DNA of 64,000 bases, from positions 17,872 to 81,871 of the forward strand of contig JAJOJK010000017.1 of NCBI GenBank assembly GCA_021208605.1, read 5' to 3'. The notes beneath the pieces were generated by a model. It did not search any database, was not told the DNA's origin, and was given only the letters and a program-made list of their open reading frames with translations. The first letter of the stretch is position 1. Every line of letters starts with the position of its first letter. Shown here piece after piece: positions 17,406-27,080 of the stretch. Origin of the DNA: Candidatus Woesebacteria bacterium (GTDB lineage Bacteria; Patescibacteriota; Microgenomatia; UBA1400; UBA1396). The position numbers were made by a program, and so were the translations under genes.

Positions 17406-18134
17406 CTACTCACCTGAAAACTCTTTCGAGTAAAAGATTTTTTCCTCCGAAAAAATAACTACATCTCGACGGCGAAAGGGAATGTGAATTTCTAAAGCAG
17501 CAAAAGTTTCAGACGGAGTGAAGTTCAAGCTCTTACCAGTATTCAAGAAAATTTCCACCCAGGTGTCTTTTTGGACTGCGTCGACAATATGGGCCTTTTC
17601 TTGAGCGAGCGCTTGCATCGCAGTTTCCATTTTTTCCGTCGAGTCTGAGCTCTGAGCCAGTATGTGCCTGGGTTCACTTCCCCAAGTTTGCAGATTCCAG
17701 TGGCCGTAGGAGCTCAGTATACTGCGGTTCTCTAGCTGGATCTGCACAATCGATCCGTACACAATAAACGCATCTACGATACGTTGGGTGTGCAGCAGCG
17801 CTAAATCTTTGGCGGCCTGTTTGGGTGAGATGGAGTGTTTTTGTGTCAGTTGGATGAGCACATGGACTCGGTCAAAACTGTACACTCTTTTTTCGTGACG
17901 TCGCTGAGAGAGTTTTGGGAGTCGATTTTCCAGATAGCTCTCCAGTTTGGCAGGGTAGATTTCTTGCGCCGTGTCAGGATATGAGTACAACTCAAAAGTA
18001 CCTTGTGGAGTTTCAATCCAATGCCGCCATATGCGACGGTGTGCCGGTTCAAAGTACATGACATCTTCGATTGATCCAATATGCCAGTGATCGACAACGC
18101 GTTGAAGAATGGCCGGCGAATAGATACTGTTCAT
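17406..18134 (-). CDS. hypothetical protein
   Basis: Start refined to MNSIYSP, directly after the upstream stop. No known motif. Confidence 0.4.
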   Translation of the reverse strand: MNSIYSPAILQRVVDHWHIGSIEDVMYFEPAHRRIWRHWIETPQGTFELYSYPDTAQEIYPAKLESYLENRLPKLSQRRHEKRVYSFDRVHVLIQLTQKHSISPKQAAKDLALLHTQRIVDAFIVYGSIVQIQLENRSILSSYGHWNLQTWGSEPRHILAQSSDSTEKMETAMQALAQEKAHIVDAVQKDTWVEIFLNTGKSLNFTPSETFAALEIHIPFRRRDVVIFSEEKIFYSKEFSGE

Positions 18135-18352
18135 TCTTCCAACTTCCGAAATCTCGGCACTGTCTGTCCATCCACTTCTACAGATTCCAGAAACATTTCC
18201 AGCGGCCGCACCCACATGCTGGCGGTTTCGTTTTCGTAGAGCGAGACATACACTACCAGATCTTCCAGCGTTTCGCTGTGTTTGGCCACGCCCAAGACTA
18301 AGTACTTTTTGCCTTTGTAGTGTTGGTAGAGGCCGGTGGGGAGATTAGACAT
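18131..18352 (-). CDS. DUF1653 domain protein
   Basis: YQHYKGKKY...VYVSLYE pattern characteristic of DUF1653. Confidence 0.6.
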   Translation of the reverse strand: MSNLPTGLYQHYKGKKYLVLGVAKHSETLEDLVVYVSLYENETASMWVRPLEMFLESVEVDGQTVPRFRKLEE

Positions 18353-18823
18353 GAGTGTTTTCTAGATAGTTTTTTATTTTGTCTACGTACTTCATTCTCA
18401 CATCCGGTTCCGACAAATAACTTTTTTTCGTGAGCTCTTGATTAAACGCATCTCCTTCGTAGCGCGGAAATACGTGCATGTGGTAATGCAGCGCATGTTG
18501 ATCGCCAGCGGGTTCATTATTTTGGCGCAGAGTAATGCCGTCGCAGTGATAGGCTTCTTTGATCGCGATGCTCATCAATTTTGAATTTCAAAGAGACGGT
18601 GACCAACTTGACTAGGAGCAGAGTAGATATTCTCAAAATGCTCGTTTGGCACAATAATCACATGACCTTCATTTCCCTTGATCCAAAAAGAATTTATCCA
18701 CACGCTTACAAGATCGTCACGAAACACTAAGTCCGCTTGTTTGAGGAGCGTGTCGTCACTTTCGATACCTTGATTTCCTAGACAGATTGGGCAGATGTAG
18801 TTTTTGGGAGTGTTTATTTTCAT
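18345..18823 (-). pseudogene. HIT (histidine triad) family gene split by a frameshift
   Basis: The N-terminal ORF (CPICLG zinc-ribbon-like start, HVIIVPNEH) and the C-terminal ORF (NNEPAGDQHALHYHMHVFPRY, the HxHxHxx motif) are in different frames. They join within AAATTCAAAATTGATGAG. Confidence 0.6.
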
Positions 18824-19488
18824 CTCTCACCACTCTTCACAATACGCCCGTCTCTCACCACCGGGAAGAAGTCAAAAATACTTTCTTGCAGACACAGGTG
18901 GAAATCCTCTTCCGGGAATTTTTCATTGTTTGGATCTAAGAAATGGGTTTGGATCCACTCGTATTGGGCAATTGTGTTTTTCATATTTGCAAATGAGAGT
19001 GATTTTTCACCCAGCAGTGCCGAGTAGAGAGAGAGGGCGAACATATGGTCGTCATAGGCATCCATGGGGACAATCGTGATTTCTCGATCGGGAAATTGTT
19101 GTAAATACGAAACGAGAGCGCCCGCCATGACAAAGCTGCCAAAGAGTATTTCTTGCGCTTGTTTGGCATTGACTAAGCCTTGTGTGCCCGTTGAGCTGCG
19201 GTGAATGACTGTTTTCCCATCCAGATCATTTCTTCGGAGAATCTCGCTGGGTGAATTTCCGAGGTCAAAGCCAGGAATTATAATGCCTTTGTTCTCACCC
19301 ACCAGCAGCGTAGTATCATCATTTTTCAGTTGAAAGGCCTCTTCAGCAGTCGAAACCGGAAGAATAGAAGTTACTCCAGCATCAAGAAGATACGCCGCCA
19401 CAGACGCCGCTCGGAGTACATCGATTATTACGGCTATGTCAGTTGCTTGTTGGGCACCGTGTATGCCTGGAATAATCTGAATACGCAT
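18820..19488 (-). CDS. 2-phosphosulfolactate phosphatase (ComB) family
   Basis: IIDVLRAASVAA and GENKGIIIPGFDLGNSP. Start refined to MRIQII. Confidence 0.55.
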   Translation of the reverse strand: MRIQIIPGIHGAQQATDIAVIIDVLRAASVAAYLLDAGVTSILPVSTAEEAFQLKNDDTTLLVGENKGIIIPGFDLGNSPSEILRRNDLDGKTVIHRSSTGTQGLVNAKQAQEILFGSFVMAGALVSYLQQFPDREITIVPMDAYDDHMFALSLYSALLGEKSLSFANMKNTIAQYEWIQTHFLDPNNEKFPEEDFHLCLQESIFDFFPVVRDGRIVKSGER

Positions 19489-19499
19489 GTGTATACTTA

Positions 19500-20126
19500 T
19501 TGTATCGCAAAAAAACATTTTCTGGAAATACAACCGTGACCACCTTCACCCTCATCCGCCATGGCGACAAGCTTTTTTCACCGCTCGATCCGAGTTTGAA
19601 TGAACTCGGCCACGAACAAGCCCGCCGTACGGCCGAGTACTTAGCCGACCAACCAATCCAAAAAATCATTGCCAGTCCTTTGCGTCGAACGCAAGAAACA
19701 GCCCAGTATATTGCCGAAAAACTCAATTTACCGATTCACACCGACGAGCGTCTGCGCGAGCGCATTAACTGGGGAGATCGCCCCAATCAAACACGGGACG
19801 ACTTTGTGCAAACCTGGATTCAAACCAGTCGCGACCGCGACTATGTTCCGCTCGGAGGCCAGTCTTCCCGACAAGCTGGGGAGAGTTTTTTATCCGTAAT
19901 TACAGAGCAGATTGGTGCTCCTGAAGAACATATTGCGCTGGTTTCGCACGGCGGGATCATTAGCGACTTTTTGCGCAATATTTTTACTGAAGAGCAACTT
20001 GCGCCCATGAGTAAGAAATTTCCCAATGGCTTGGACTACGAAATCAAAGAATGTTCTCTCACCCAAATAAAGGTCGATACCGATTTTCAACTGATTTGTA
20101 TCAATGCCGTTGATCATTTGGTGTGA
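19500..20126 (+). CDS. histidine phosphatase family protein, paralog 2
   Basis: LIRHGDK and VSHGG. Paralog of 4298..4903. The true start may be the GTG at 19536. Confidence 0.75.
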   Translation: MYRKKTFSGNTTVTTFTLIRHGDKLFSPLDPSLNELGHEQARRTAEYLADQPIQKIIASPLRRTQETAQYIAEKLNLPIHTDERLRERINWGDRPNQTRDDFVQTWIQTSRDRDYVPLGGQSSRQAGESFLSVITEQIGAPEEHIALVSHGGIISDFLRNIFTEEQLAPMSKKFPNGLDYEIKECSLTQIKVDTDFQLICINAVDHLV

Positions 20127-20578
20127 TGGCCCATGCTACACTACATCTCATGACACCATTCTTTCATACCTCTCGTCAGCGCACGTTGTTTCTCGGCATC
20201 ACTCTGGGCGTATTGTTGCTCGGTTTACTCGTGTGGAAGATTGCTGGAACCCAATCCCTCTGGGAACCAACCGGCACTCCATCAACGGCCAGCCAGGCTG
20301 AAGGCACACCCGTTGACTTGCCTCGTGAATACACCTTTACTGCCTCTGAAGCCATGACAGCAGAGGAACTCCTCAATTCGCAGGCGGAAGTGGAGTACCA
20401 AGACTTTGGCCCAGGCGGAAAATTTGTGCAGTCGATCAATGGTCTGGCGAGTGATGAAATGTATTTCTGGGGGTTTTATGTCAACGACGAATTTGCCCAA
20501 GCTGGGGTAAGTCAGACGCAACTGCAACCAAATGATACGATACGTTTTACCTATGAAAAAATTGAACCACTTCAGTAA
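20123..20578 (+). CDS. DUF4430 domain protein (N-terminal TM anchor)
   Basis: GKFVQSINGL...YFWGFYVNDEFAQAGVSQ...NDTIRFTY matches the DUF4430 pattern. Confidence 0.55.
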   Translation: MMAHATLHLMTPFFHTSRQRTLFLGITLGVLLLGLLVWKIAGTQSLWEPTGTPSTASQAEGTPVDLPREYTFTASEAMTAEELLNSQAEVEYQDFGPGGKFVQSINGLASDEMYFWGFYVNDEFAQAGVSQTQLQPNDTIRFTYEKIEPLQ

Positions 20579-21062
20579 CCAAATTCTCGTCGCAGCTGGC
20601 GTTTTTGTCTGGCGAGCGGCGCGCGTCGCGGCGAACGTTTCTCCACTCGGAAGTTTCGGCTTTTTTGGGAGAGCACCAGTAGCCTACTTTGCAACTATCA
20701 TTGCGTTTGATTGGCTCGTAGGTGGTTTTTATAGTGGTTTTCTCTGGACCTATATCGCCTTTGCCGCGTATCCCATGTTTGGATACTTTGCTCGCGGTAA
20801 TTGGCGTCGCCAAGCAGTGTTGCTTCCTCTGGCTTCATTTGCCTTTTTTGCCATTTCGAATGCCGGAGTCTGGTGGCACTGGTATCCGCACACGTGGTCA
20901 GGATTGCTGACTTGTTATACGCTCGCATTGCCGTTTTATGTTCGGACTTTACTCGGCGATGTAACTTTTGGATATGGGTATTTGTTCTGTCGATGGCTCG
21001 TGCGCCAGAAAACTGGCAGTCATTGCACCAGAGTGTGCCCCTTTTTCGCCAAGCATAACTAA
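20553..21062 (+). CDS. polytopic membrane protein, possibly an ECF-transporter S-component-like protein
   Basis: Five to six hydrophobic helices. Overlaps the DUF4430 gene. Confidence 0.35.
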   Translation: MKKLNHFSNQILVAAGVFVWRAARVAANVSPLGSFGFFGRAPVAYFATIIAFDWLVGGFYSGFLWTYIAFAAYPMFGYFARGNWRRQAVLLPLASFAFFAISNAGVWWHWYPHTWSGLLTCYTLALPFYVRTLLGDVTFGYGYLFCRWLVRQKTGSHCTRVCPFFAKHN

Positions 21063-21128
21063 CTTGTCTTTCCTTCCAGCCTGACTTATACTGGCGTTTC
21101 TCAATCAGCTGCCCAGAAAGAATGAGCT

Positions 21129-21656
21129 ATGTCGGCAGAGGTACCTATTTCACCATCATATGGAGTCACCGCTCTTTTTGTTGGTCAAAACGGAGAACTG
21201 TACGGCTTACCGCTGTTGCGTGAAGATTCAGCATGTCAGAAACGGGAAGCGTGGCGTACGGCGAGTACTGCCCAAACCATTGCACAGGGGCGGCTGTCAG
21301 ATTTTTCTTACGGTGCGGTAGGCGGGGCAGTGGCAGCCGGTGAAACCCCACGCGAGGCATTGCGTCGCGAGATGGTCGAAGAGCTCGGTGAGCTGCTGCA
21401 CGACGGTGTTTTTGCACAGGAAATTATCAATCAATTCGTCATTCGTACCCTAGTTCGTATGCCCAGTTTTTTTATTGATCAGTATAAAAATGAGAGTTTT
21501 CGCGGTCGTTTTACCGTGTGGTCGACACTCATTTTGTTAGATACGGAAATACAGAACAGCCTGCAGTCAATTTTGCATCCGCTCCGCGAATCAGAAATGC
21601 ATCTGTATCGTCCACTATTACAAGCCCTCTACCAGACTGTCACTGGTATTCGCTAG
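21129..21656 (+). CDS. NUDIX hydrolase (2 of 3)
   Basis: GAVGGAVAAGETPREALRREMVEELG is a Nudix box. Confidence 0.6.
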   Translation: MSAEVPISPSYGVTALFVGQNGELYGLPLLREDSACQKREAWRTASTAQTIAQGRLSDFSYGAVGGAVAAGETPREALRREMVEELGELLHDGVFAQEIINQFVIRTLVRMPSFFIDQYKNESFRGRFTVWSTLILLDTEIQNSLQSILHPLRESEMHLYRPLLQALYQTVTGIR

Positions 21657-21679
21657 GATTTTTCGTCTATACTGCGTGC

Positions 21680-22300
21680 ATGTCGGTGCCTTTTTTTCTT
21701 GGAATCGCGGGCGGTAGTGGATCAGGCAAGACTACGCTTGCGCAGAATATCTTAAAAAACATTGATTCAGAGTCTATCTCTCATATTTCCCATGATGCCT
21801 ACTACCGCGATCAGTCGCACATGCCCATGGAAGAGCGGGTCAAAACCAACTACGACCACCCCAGTTCACTGGAGACAGATTTATTGGTAAACCATGTTCA
21901 CCAGCTTCGCTCCGGCCAGGCGATTCAGCAGCCGACCTACGATTTCTCTCAGCATACGCGCGCAGAAGCTACCGCAGTTGTGCAGCCACGGCCTATCATC
22001 ATAATCGAGGGCATTCTCATTTTTGCCGAACCAGAATTACGAGACGCTCTCGACATGAAGATTTTCGTCGATACAGATTCGGATATCCGCTTTGCCCGTC
22101 GGTTGCTACGCGATGTTGCCGAGCGCGGCCGCACATTTGAATTTGGTATCGAACAGTATCTGACCTATACCAAACCCATGCACGAGCAGTTTGTGGAACC
22201 GTCCAAGCGCTATGCCGACTTGATCGTTCCGGAAGGCGGAAAAAACAGTCGCGCCATCGAGGTCATTTTGTCCCAATTGCAGCGCATAGTGGAGCAGTGA
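21680..22300 (+). CDS. udk: uridine kinase
   Basis: GIAGGSGSGKTT P-loop and DAYYRD. Start MSVPFF is 6 nt after TATACT (leaderless). Confidence 0.8.
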   Translation: MSVPFFLGIAGGSGSGKTTLAQNILKNIDSESISHISHDAYYRDQSHMPMEERVKTNYDHPSSLETDLLVNHVHQLRSGQAIQQPTYDFSQHTRAEATAVVQPRPIIIIEGILIFAEPELRDALDMKIFVDTDSDIRFARRLLRDVAERGRTFEFGIEQYLTYTKPMHEQFVEPSKRYADLIVPEGGKNSRAIEVILSQLQRIVEQ

Positions 22301-22312
22301 TACCATAGACAC

Positions 22313-23122
22313 ATGGAAAACCAATCTTCCCCCTCAACCCGTCAAATGCTCGCCTGGGCTATCTTGGGTGTGGCGATCTTAGCTGCTTTTGGTCTCGGTT
22401 CCTTTATTGGCAGTGGGTTTAACTGGGGAGTAGTGGCAGTGCGTCAAGCTCCCAGCATTACGGTGAGCGGTTTTGCGGAGCAGCAAGAGCAAAATCAGAT
22501 TGCTTACTTTACCGTGGGCGTTGATGAGACCGATCCAGACAAAAATACCGCCGTCGAAGCCGTTAACTCCGAAATGGGTAGCATCATTGAGCAACTGAAG
22601 TCGTTTGGTATTGCTGAAGAAGACATTCAGACCCAAAACCTGAGCATTTACAAAATGGAGCCACCCGTTTTTGAAGCGCGCACCATGATGGCACCCGCCC
22701 AACCTGGTGCAAGTGGTGTTGCTGAGCCAAGCTCAGATGGCAGTGTGTGGCAAGCCAATAACTCGCTCGAGGTTACCTTGCGCGAAGTTGACCGGGCCGC
22801 CGAATTAGCCGATCTCCTCGCTTCTACCGGAGCTACCAATGTGTATGGACCGCGTTTCTCCCTAGATGATCGTGAGTCCACCGAAGATGCCTTGCTCCAG
22901 GCTGCTATCGAAAACGCCCGCGAAAAAGCACAGCGTATAGCCGACAGCAGTGGTCGCCGCCTCGGAAAAATTGAAACAGTCGTTGAAGGTGCCAGCTCTG
23001 GTGGGGTGTACCCAATGTTTTCTCGAATGGAAGCCGCTGATGGCCTGGGTGGTGGCGCTGTCGTCGAGCCAGGAAGCACGCAAGTTACCAAGACGGTGAC
23101 CGTGACCTTCACACTCCGTTAA
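22313..23122 (+). CDS. SIMPL/DUF541 (BP26-like) domain protein, membrane-anchored
   Basis: N-terminal TM helix, then the two-lobed SIMPL pattern ending in TKTVTVTFTL. Confidence 0.6.
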   Translation: MENQSSPSTRQMLAWAILGVAILAAFGLGSFIGSGFNWGVVAVRQAPSITVSGFAEQQEQNQIAYFTVGVDETDPDKNTAVEAVNSEMGSIIEQLKSFGIAEEDIQTQNLSIYKMEPPVFEARTMMAPAQPGASGVAEPSSDGSVWQANNSLEVTLREVDRAAELADLLASTGATNVYGPRFSLDDRESTEDALLQAAIENAREKAQRIADSSGRRLGKIETVVEGASSGGVYPMFSRMEAADGLGGGAVVEPGSTQVTKTVTVTFTLR

Positions 23123-23253
23123 TAGCACTCGGCGTGATTGATTGCCAAAAATGCCATTCTGTACAATTGCTTGATAAATAAGCAAAAATAGGCTGTCTTT
23201 CGCGGTTTTCCGCGTGCTCTGTGCACTGAGAAACCAGAGAATTCCCAAAAAAA

Positions 23254-23946
23254 CTACTGGTAGACGCGCTCGGCGAAGACCAGTTTGCGCTGGAGTGTGG
23301 TCCCTGGTGGCCAACAAGTCTGGAGAACAATGGTTTCAGTAGCGTATTCTTGTTGCAAAAAGTAGGTATCTTCCGGGTCAACCTCGACTGATTGTGTCAC
23401 CTGGTACTCAAACCGTTCGCCCTGGTGCCAGATAAATATTTCATCACCTGGTTCCAGTTTTCCTAGCAGGTAAAAAACAGCGTTGAACTGCGAACGAAAC
23501 TCTGGCGCAGAGGAGTGGGCGAAGTAGTAGCCAATTCCACCCGTATCCGGAAATGCAGTACTGGAAGCGTGCGCAATACCTTGGCGTAGAGCGGCGAGAT
23601 ACGATTCCGAGTCATTGGGATTGACGTTATAGATCACCGGCTCGTCCAAATAGATGGCTGGAATGACAATGCCGTTTTCGGTGTTTGTGGCGTTGAAGCC
23701 GCGGATATCAACCGAGATGTTGGGAATGAACAGTGAGCGCAGTGATCCGTCGCCCGTAAATACGGTGCTGAACAGGCGTCGATACTGGTACTTTGCTTCC
23801 ACTGCAACAACTGGACCAAACGTGAGTAAGAGCCACAAGAGTGCGCTGAGGAGTCCAACTGCAGCGATACTCAGCCAGAGAATTGGTGACTGCAACCACT
23901 GTATGCGAGAGTGTTGATAGCGTGCAGCTGGTTTGGCAGGTTTCAT
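23254..23946 (-). CDS. sortase (class E/F-like)
   Basis: N-terminal TM helix, YLLGKLEPGDEIF, and catalytic TLxTC (IVLQTCWPPG). Start refined to MKPAKP. Confidence 0.7.
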   Translation of the reverse strand: MKPAKPAARYQHSRIQWLQSPILWLSIAAVGLLSALLWLLLTFGPVVAVEAKYQYRRLFSTVFTGDGSLRSLFIPNISVDIRGFNATNTENGIVIPAIYLDEPVIYNVNPNDSESYLAALRQGIAHASSTAFPDTGGIGYYFAHSSAPEFRSQFNAVFYLLGKLEPGDEIFIWHQGERFEYQVTQSVEVDPEDTYFLQQEYATETIVLQTCWPPGTTLQRKLVFAERVYQ

Positions 23947-23986
23947 AGGTGGGCAGTACCTTTGTTTTCCGTTTCGGTATTGACGC

Positions 23987-25459
23987 CTAGGCGCGGAGCG
24001 CGCGGTAGCGAAGTAAGCCGACCGTGCCGATGATGCCACTAGTGATACCGAAGATGGTGAGGCCGGTTGGGGTGCCGGTGTCAGGTTGCTTGGTTAGTGG
24101 TTCGGTTTCAATGTACACCGTAGAGGTACACGTACCGTCGCCGCCCTGCCAGTTGCCTTGGGAGTCGCGGATGTAGCCTTTGACGGTGTAGGTGCCTGGC
24201 TGGTTGTACAGCTGTTCAAAGGTTTCGCCATCGGATTCTTTGACCACGCCGTTTCCGAAGTCCAGTTTGTATTTTTGAATGGCACCCTTGTTGTCGTAGC
24301 CAGTTACTTTGAACTGTACTGTGCTGGGCGATTCCTCGCGGTTACCAGACAAGATGAACAAATCGGAACATTTGGATTTATGGCTTTCGATAGAACGAGC
24401 TTTGATCGAGACGGTGCTTTCACAAGCGTTGCTCGAAATCCAGTTGCCTTTGCTGTCTTTGACATCGGCCCGGGCGGTGAAGTTGCCGGAGCTTTCGTAT
24501 GTGTGGCTGAATTCACCGGACTCGTTTTCTTCTTTGGTGCCGTCGCCGTAGTAGACGCGGTAGCGTTGGATGTCACCCAGGTTGTCGGTGCCTTCCACTT
24601 CGAACTTCACTGTGGCCGGAACAGTGCCCAAGTTGCCTTCGCGCAAGATCAAGTCTTGGCAGGAGCTGCGGTGCTCTTCACCGGCTTGCTCACGGCGAAC
24701 GCGGAAGCTGTCGGTGTTGCTACAGGCATCGATCGTGGTCGAGTAGCAGCGGAAGCGATACGAGCCAAAGTCTTTGACTTCATAGTTGCGGAGAACGCTG
24801 GTGTGTTTGGTTTCGGTGCTGTTATCTGGTTTGGTAATTTCGATTTTGGCGCCAGGCAAGAGGTCAGCACCATTTTTGGCAAAACAGTTGACGTCTACTG
24901 TGTCACCGATGGCGATGTTTTTGCTCGACATGTCGTCGCCGCTAATCCAGGTGTTTTCGCCTGATTTGCGGAACTGCGTATTTACTGGTTCGTAGGCGCT
25001 ACAGGTTTGGTCGTTTTCATCGTTGCCTGGGTTAGGACGATCGTTGCTACAGTCGCCGGAGTACCAGACCATGTAGTCGACGAGGTCATTGTCATCACAG
25101 ATCCAGTCGTTACCATCGCGGCATTGCGTATTGAAGACATCGATTTGCACAGTTTTGCCACATCCGACACCGCTCACCGATTGACGCAAGCTGAAATCAG
25201 ATTCGTTACTGCGACACTCGGTCTGGCGACCGTCACAAATGTAACGGACCACGGAAGCTTTGGGATACGAACAGGAGCCATCAAAAGTATTACAGTAACC
25301 GCCACATGTATTGTGTGTAGCCGAAGTGCCGGAGCCACAAAGATTGGTGTATTCGCCATTTCCGTAGGTCATGCGCGCCGAGGCCGTGCTGGCAAATGCG
25401 CCGAGAACAACGAAAGTGGTGATGAGAGCAGTGAAAAATCGAATGAATTTTTGTGTCAT
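23987..25459 (-). CDS. secreted Cys-rich protein with three PKD-like repeats and a C-terminal cell-wall sorting signal (sortase substrate)
   Basis: Signal peptide. Repeats with ...GNFTARADVKDSKGNW, ...GTYTVKGYIRDSQGNW and a third repeat. C-terminal KQPDTGTPTG, then a hydrophobic helix, then RYRALRA. Confidence 0.65.
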   Translation of the reverse strand: MTQKFIRFFTALITTFVVLGAFASTASARMTYGNGEYTNLCGSGTSATHNTCGGYCNTFDGSCSYPKASVVRYICDGRQTECRSNESDFSLRQSVSGVGCGKTVQIDVFNTQCRDGNDWICDDNDLVDYMVWYSGDCSNDRPNPGNDENDQTCSAYEPVNTQFRKSGENTWISGDDMSSKNIAIGDTVDVNCFAKNGADLLPGAKIEITKPDNSTETKHTSVLRNYEVKDFGSYRFRCYSTTIDACSNTDSFRVRREQAGEEHRSSCQDLILREGNLGTVPATVKFEVEGTDNLGDIQRYRVYYGDGTKEENESGEFSHTYESSGNFTARADVKDSKGNWISSNACESTVSIKARSIESHKSKCSDLFILSGNREESPSTVQFKVTGYDNKGAIQKYKLDFGNGVVKESDGETFEQLYNQPGTYTVKGYIRDSQGNWQGGDGTCTSTVYIETEPLTKQPDTGTPTGLTIFGITSGIIGTVGLLRYRALRA

Positions 25460-25617
25460 ACTAATGGTGATTATAGGAGAGGCTTTCCTCCCTGGCAAGC
25501 GCTATCCGATAGTATCATTCATGAGGTGGTAACGGAAAAGTAAGTGGTTTCATATCCGTGAAATGTTACCTATACTATGAACTCCGTAATCAAATGAAAG
25601 AAGAAAGAGGAAAGCGC

Positions 25618-26136
25618 ATGTCAGAAGACATCACTCCCCCCAACCAATCAGGAAATAAGACGATGGGATTTGTTATCCTGGGCGTTTTAGCGGTAGCTGC
25701 TATTGGCGTTTTGGCGTATGACCAGCTCAAGCCAGCTGCATCGACCGAGATGGAGCAAGTAGAAACAGTAGAGGCTAACCAACCGAGTACCGCTGAGCAG
25801 AACATGGGTGCTGATGCTCCCGAAATGGCAGCAGATTCGAAGTATCAAGATGGAGAATACACCGTGATGGGTGAGTATACTTCTCCAGGTGGCCCAGAAG
25901 AGATCGAAGTAACTGTGCAATTAGAGAATGGTGTGATTGTAGATTCAGAAGTAGTGCCACAGGCAACAGCCCCGATTTCTGTCAAAATGCAAAATGATTT
26001 TGAGTCAGGATACGAGGAACAAGTAATTGGAAAGTCTCTTGATGAGGTTCAAGTTTCGAAAGTAGCGGGTTCATCCTTAACTCCGAAGGGCTTCAACGAT
26101 GCGCTTGAGAAGATTAAACAAGAAGCACGTGCCTAA
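25618..26136 (+). CDS. FMN-binding domain lipoprotein-like protein
   Basis: SD AAGAGGAAAG before MSEDIT. One TM helix. The FMN_bind pattern YQDGEYTV...KVAGSSLTPKGFNDAL includes a candidate flavinylation Thr. Confidence 0.65.
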   Translation: MSEDITPPNQSGNKTMGFVILGVLAVAAIGVLAYDQLKPAASTEMEQVETVEANQPSTAEQNMGADAPEMAADSKYQDGEYTVMGEYTSPGGPEEIEVTVQLENGVIVDSEVVPQATAPISVKMQNDFESGYEEQVIGKSLDEVQVSKVAGSSLTPKGFNDALEKIKQEARA

Positions 26137-26141
26137 TCGGC

Positions 26142-27080
26142 ATGGCTTCGCTTCTTGGTCGGCAATTCTCATTTGAAGCGATTGGCACGCAGTGGACGCT
26201 TGATATTTGGACAAACACAGAAGAATCGGCGCTACAAGAGCTTTTGCAGTCGGTGCATCAGCGTATCGAGCAATTCGATCAACGGTATTCCCGTTTTCGC
26301 GCTGATTCTTGGGTGAGTGAAGTCGCCGCAGCAGCCGGAAGCTATGCTTTGCCTGTCGATGCCGAGCCTTTGTTGCACGTGTATGACGAGTTGTTTCGTT
26401 TGAGTGACGGCAGTATTACGCCGCTCATTGGCGGTTTACTGGAACAGGCCGGCTATGATGCCGAGTATTCTTTAGCTGAAAAGAGCGGGTTTGCGGAACA
26501 GATTGCTCCCAAATGGCAACAAGCTGTGACCTATGCTGACGGACAGTTACAGGTTTCCGAACCGGTGGTGCTGGACTTTGGCGCTGCCGGAAAAGGATAT
26601 CTGGTTGATCAAATTTCTGAACTGCTCGAAGCCGCCGGAATCACGCAGTACTGTGTTGATGCCAGCGGTGACATGCGGTATCGCCATCCGCGGCAGGTGC
26701 CGTTGCGAGTGGGATTAGAAAACCCGTTTGCGCAGCAGCAAGTTATTGGAGTGGTGGAGCTCACTGAAGGCAGTTTGTGTGCTTCGTCTGGTAATCGGCG
26801 CCGGTGGGGGACTCATCACCATATTATGGATGCGCAGACCAAGCGATCTCCGGAAGATATTGCCGCAACATGGGTAGTTGCCCCGCGAGCCCTCGAGGCC
26901 GATGCTTTGGCTACCGCGCTCTATTTAGTTTCTCCAGACATTCTCGAACAGGCATTTTCTTTTGAGTATCTTATTTTGTACGATGGGTACAGAGTGCAGC
27001 GGAGCGATGATTTTCCGGTTGAGCTGTTTACTGCCTCATCGCGTCCGCACGAAACGCAGAAAGGGGAGATTCCTGCATGA
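26142..27080 (+). CDS. apbE: FAD:protein FMN transferase (ApbE family)
   Basis: FGAAGKGYLVDQ and DASGDMRY are ApbE hallmarks. Confidence 0.8.
   Translation: MASLLGRQFSFEAIGTQWTLDIWTNTEESALQELLQSVHQRIEQFDQRYSRFRADSWVSEVAAAAGSYALPVDAEPLLHVYDELFRLSDGSITPLIGGLLEQAGYDAEYSLAEKSGFAEQIAPKWQQAVTYADGQLQVSEPVVLDFGAAGKGYLVDQISELLEAAGITQYCVDASGDMRYRHPRQVPLRVGLENPFAQQQVIGVVELTEGSLCASSGNRRRWGTHHHIMDAQTKRSPEDIAATWVVAPRALEADALATALYLVSPDILEQAFSFEYLILYDGYRVQRSDDFPVELFTASSRPHETQKGEIPA

Noticed and set aside
24158-24964. 268-aa plus-strand ORF
   Set aside because: It is antisense to the PKD-repeat surface protein. The translation is Gly/Ala/Val/Phe-rich and lacks the typical composition of a real protein.
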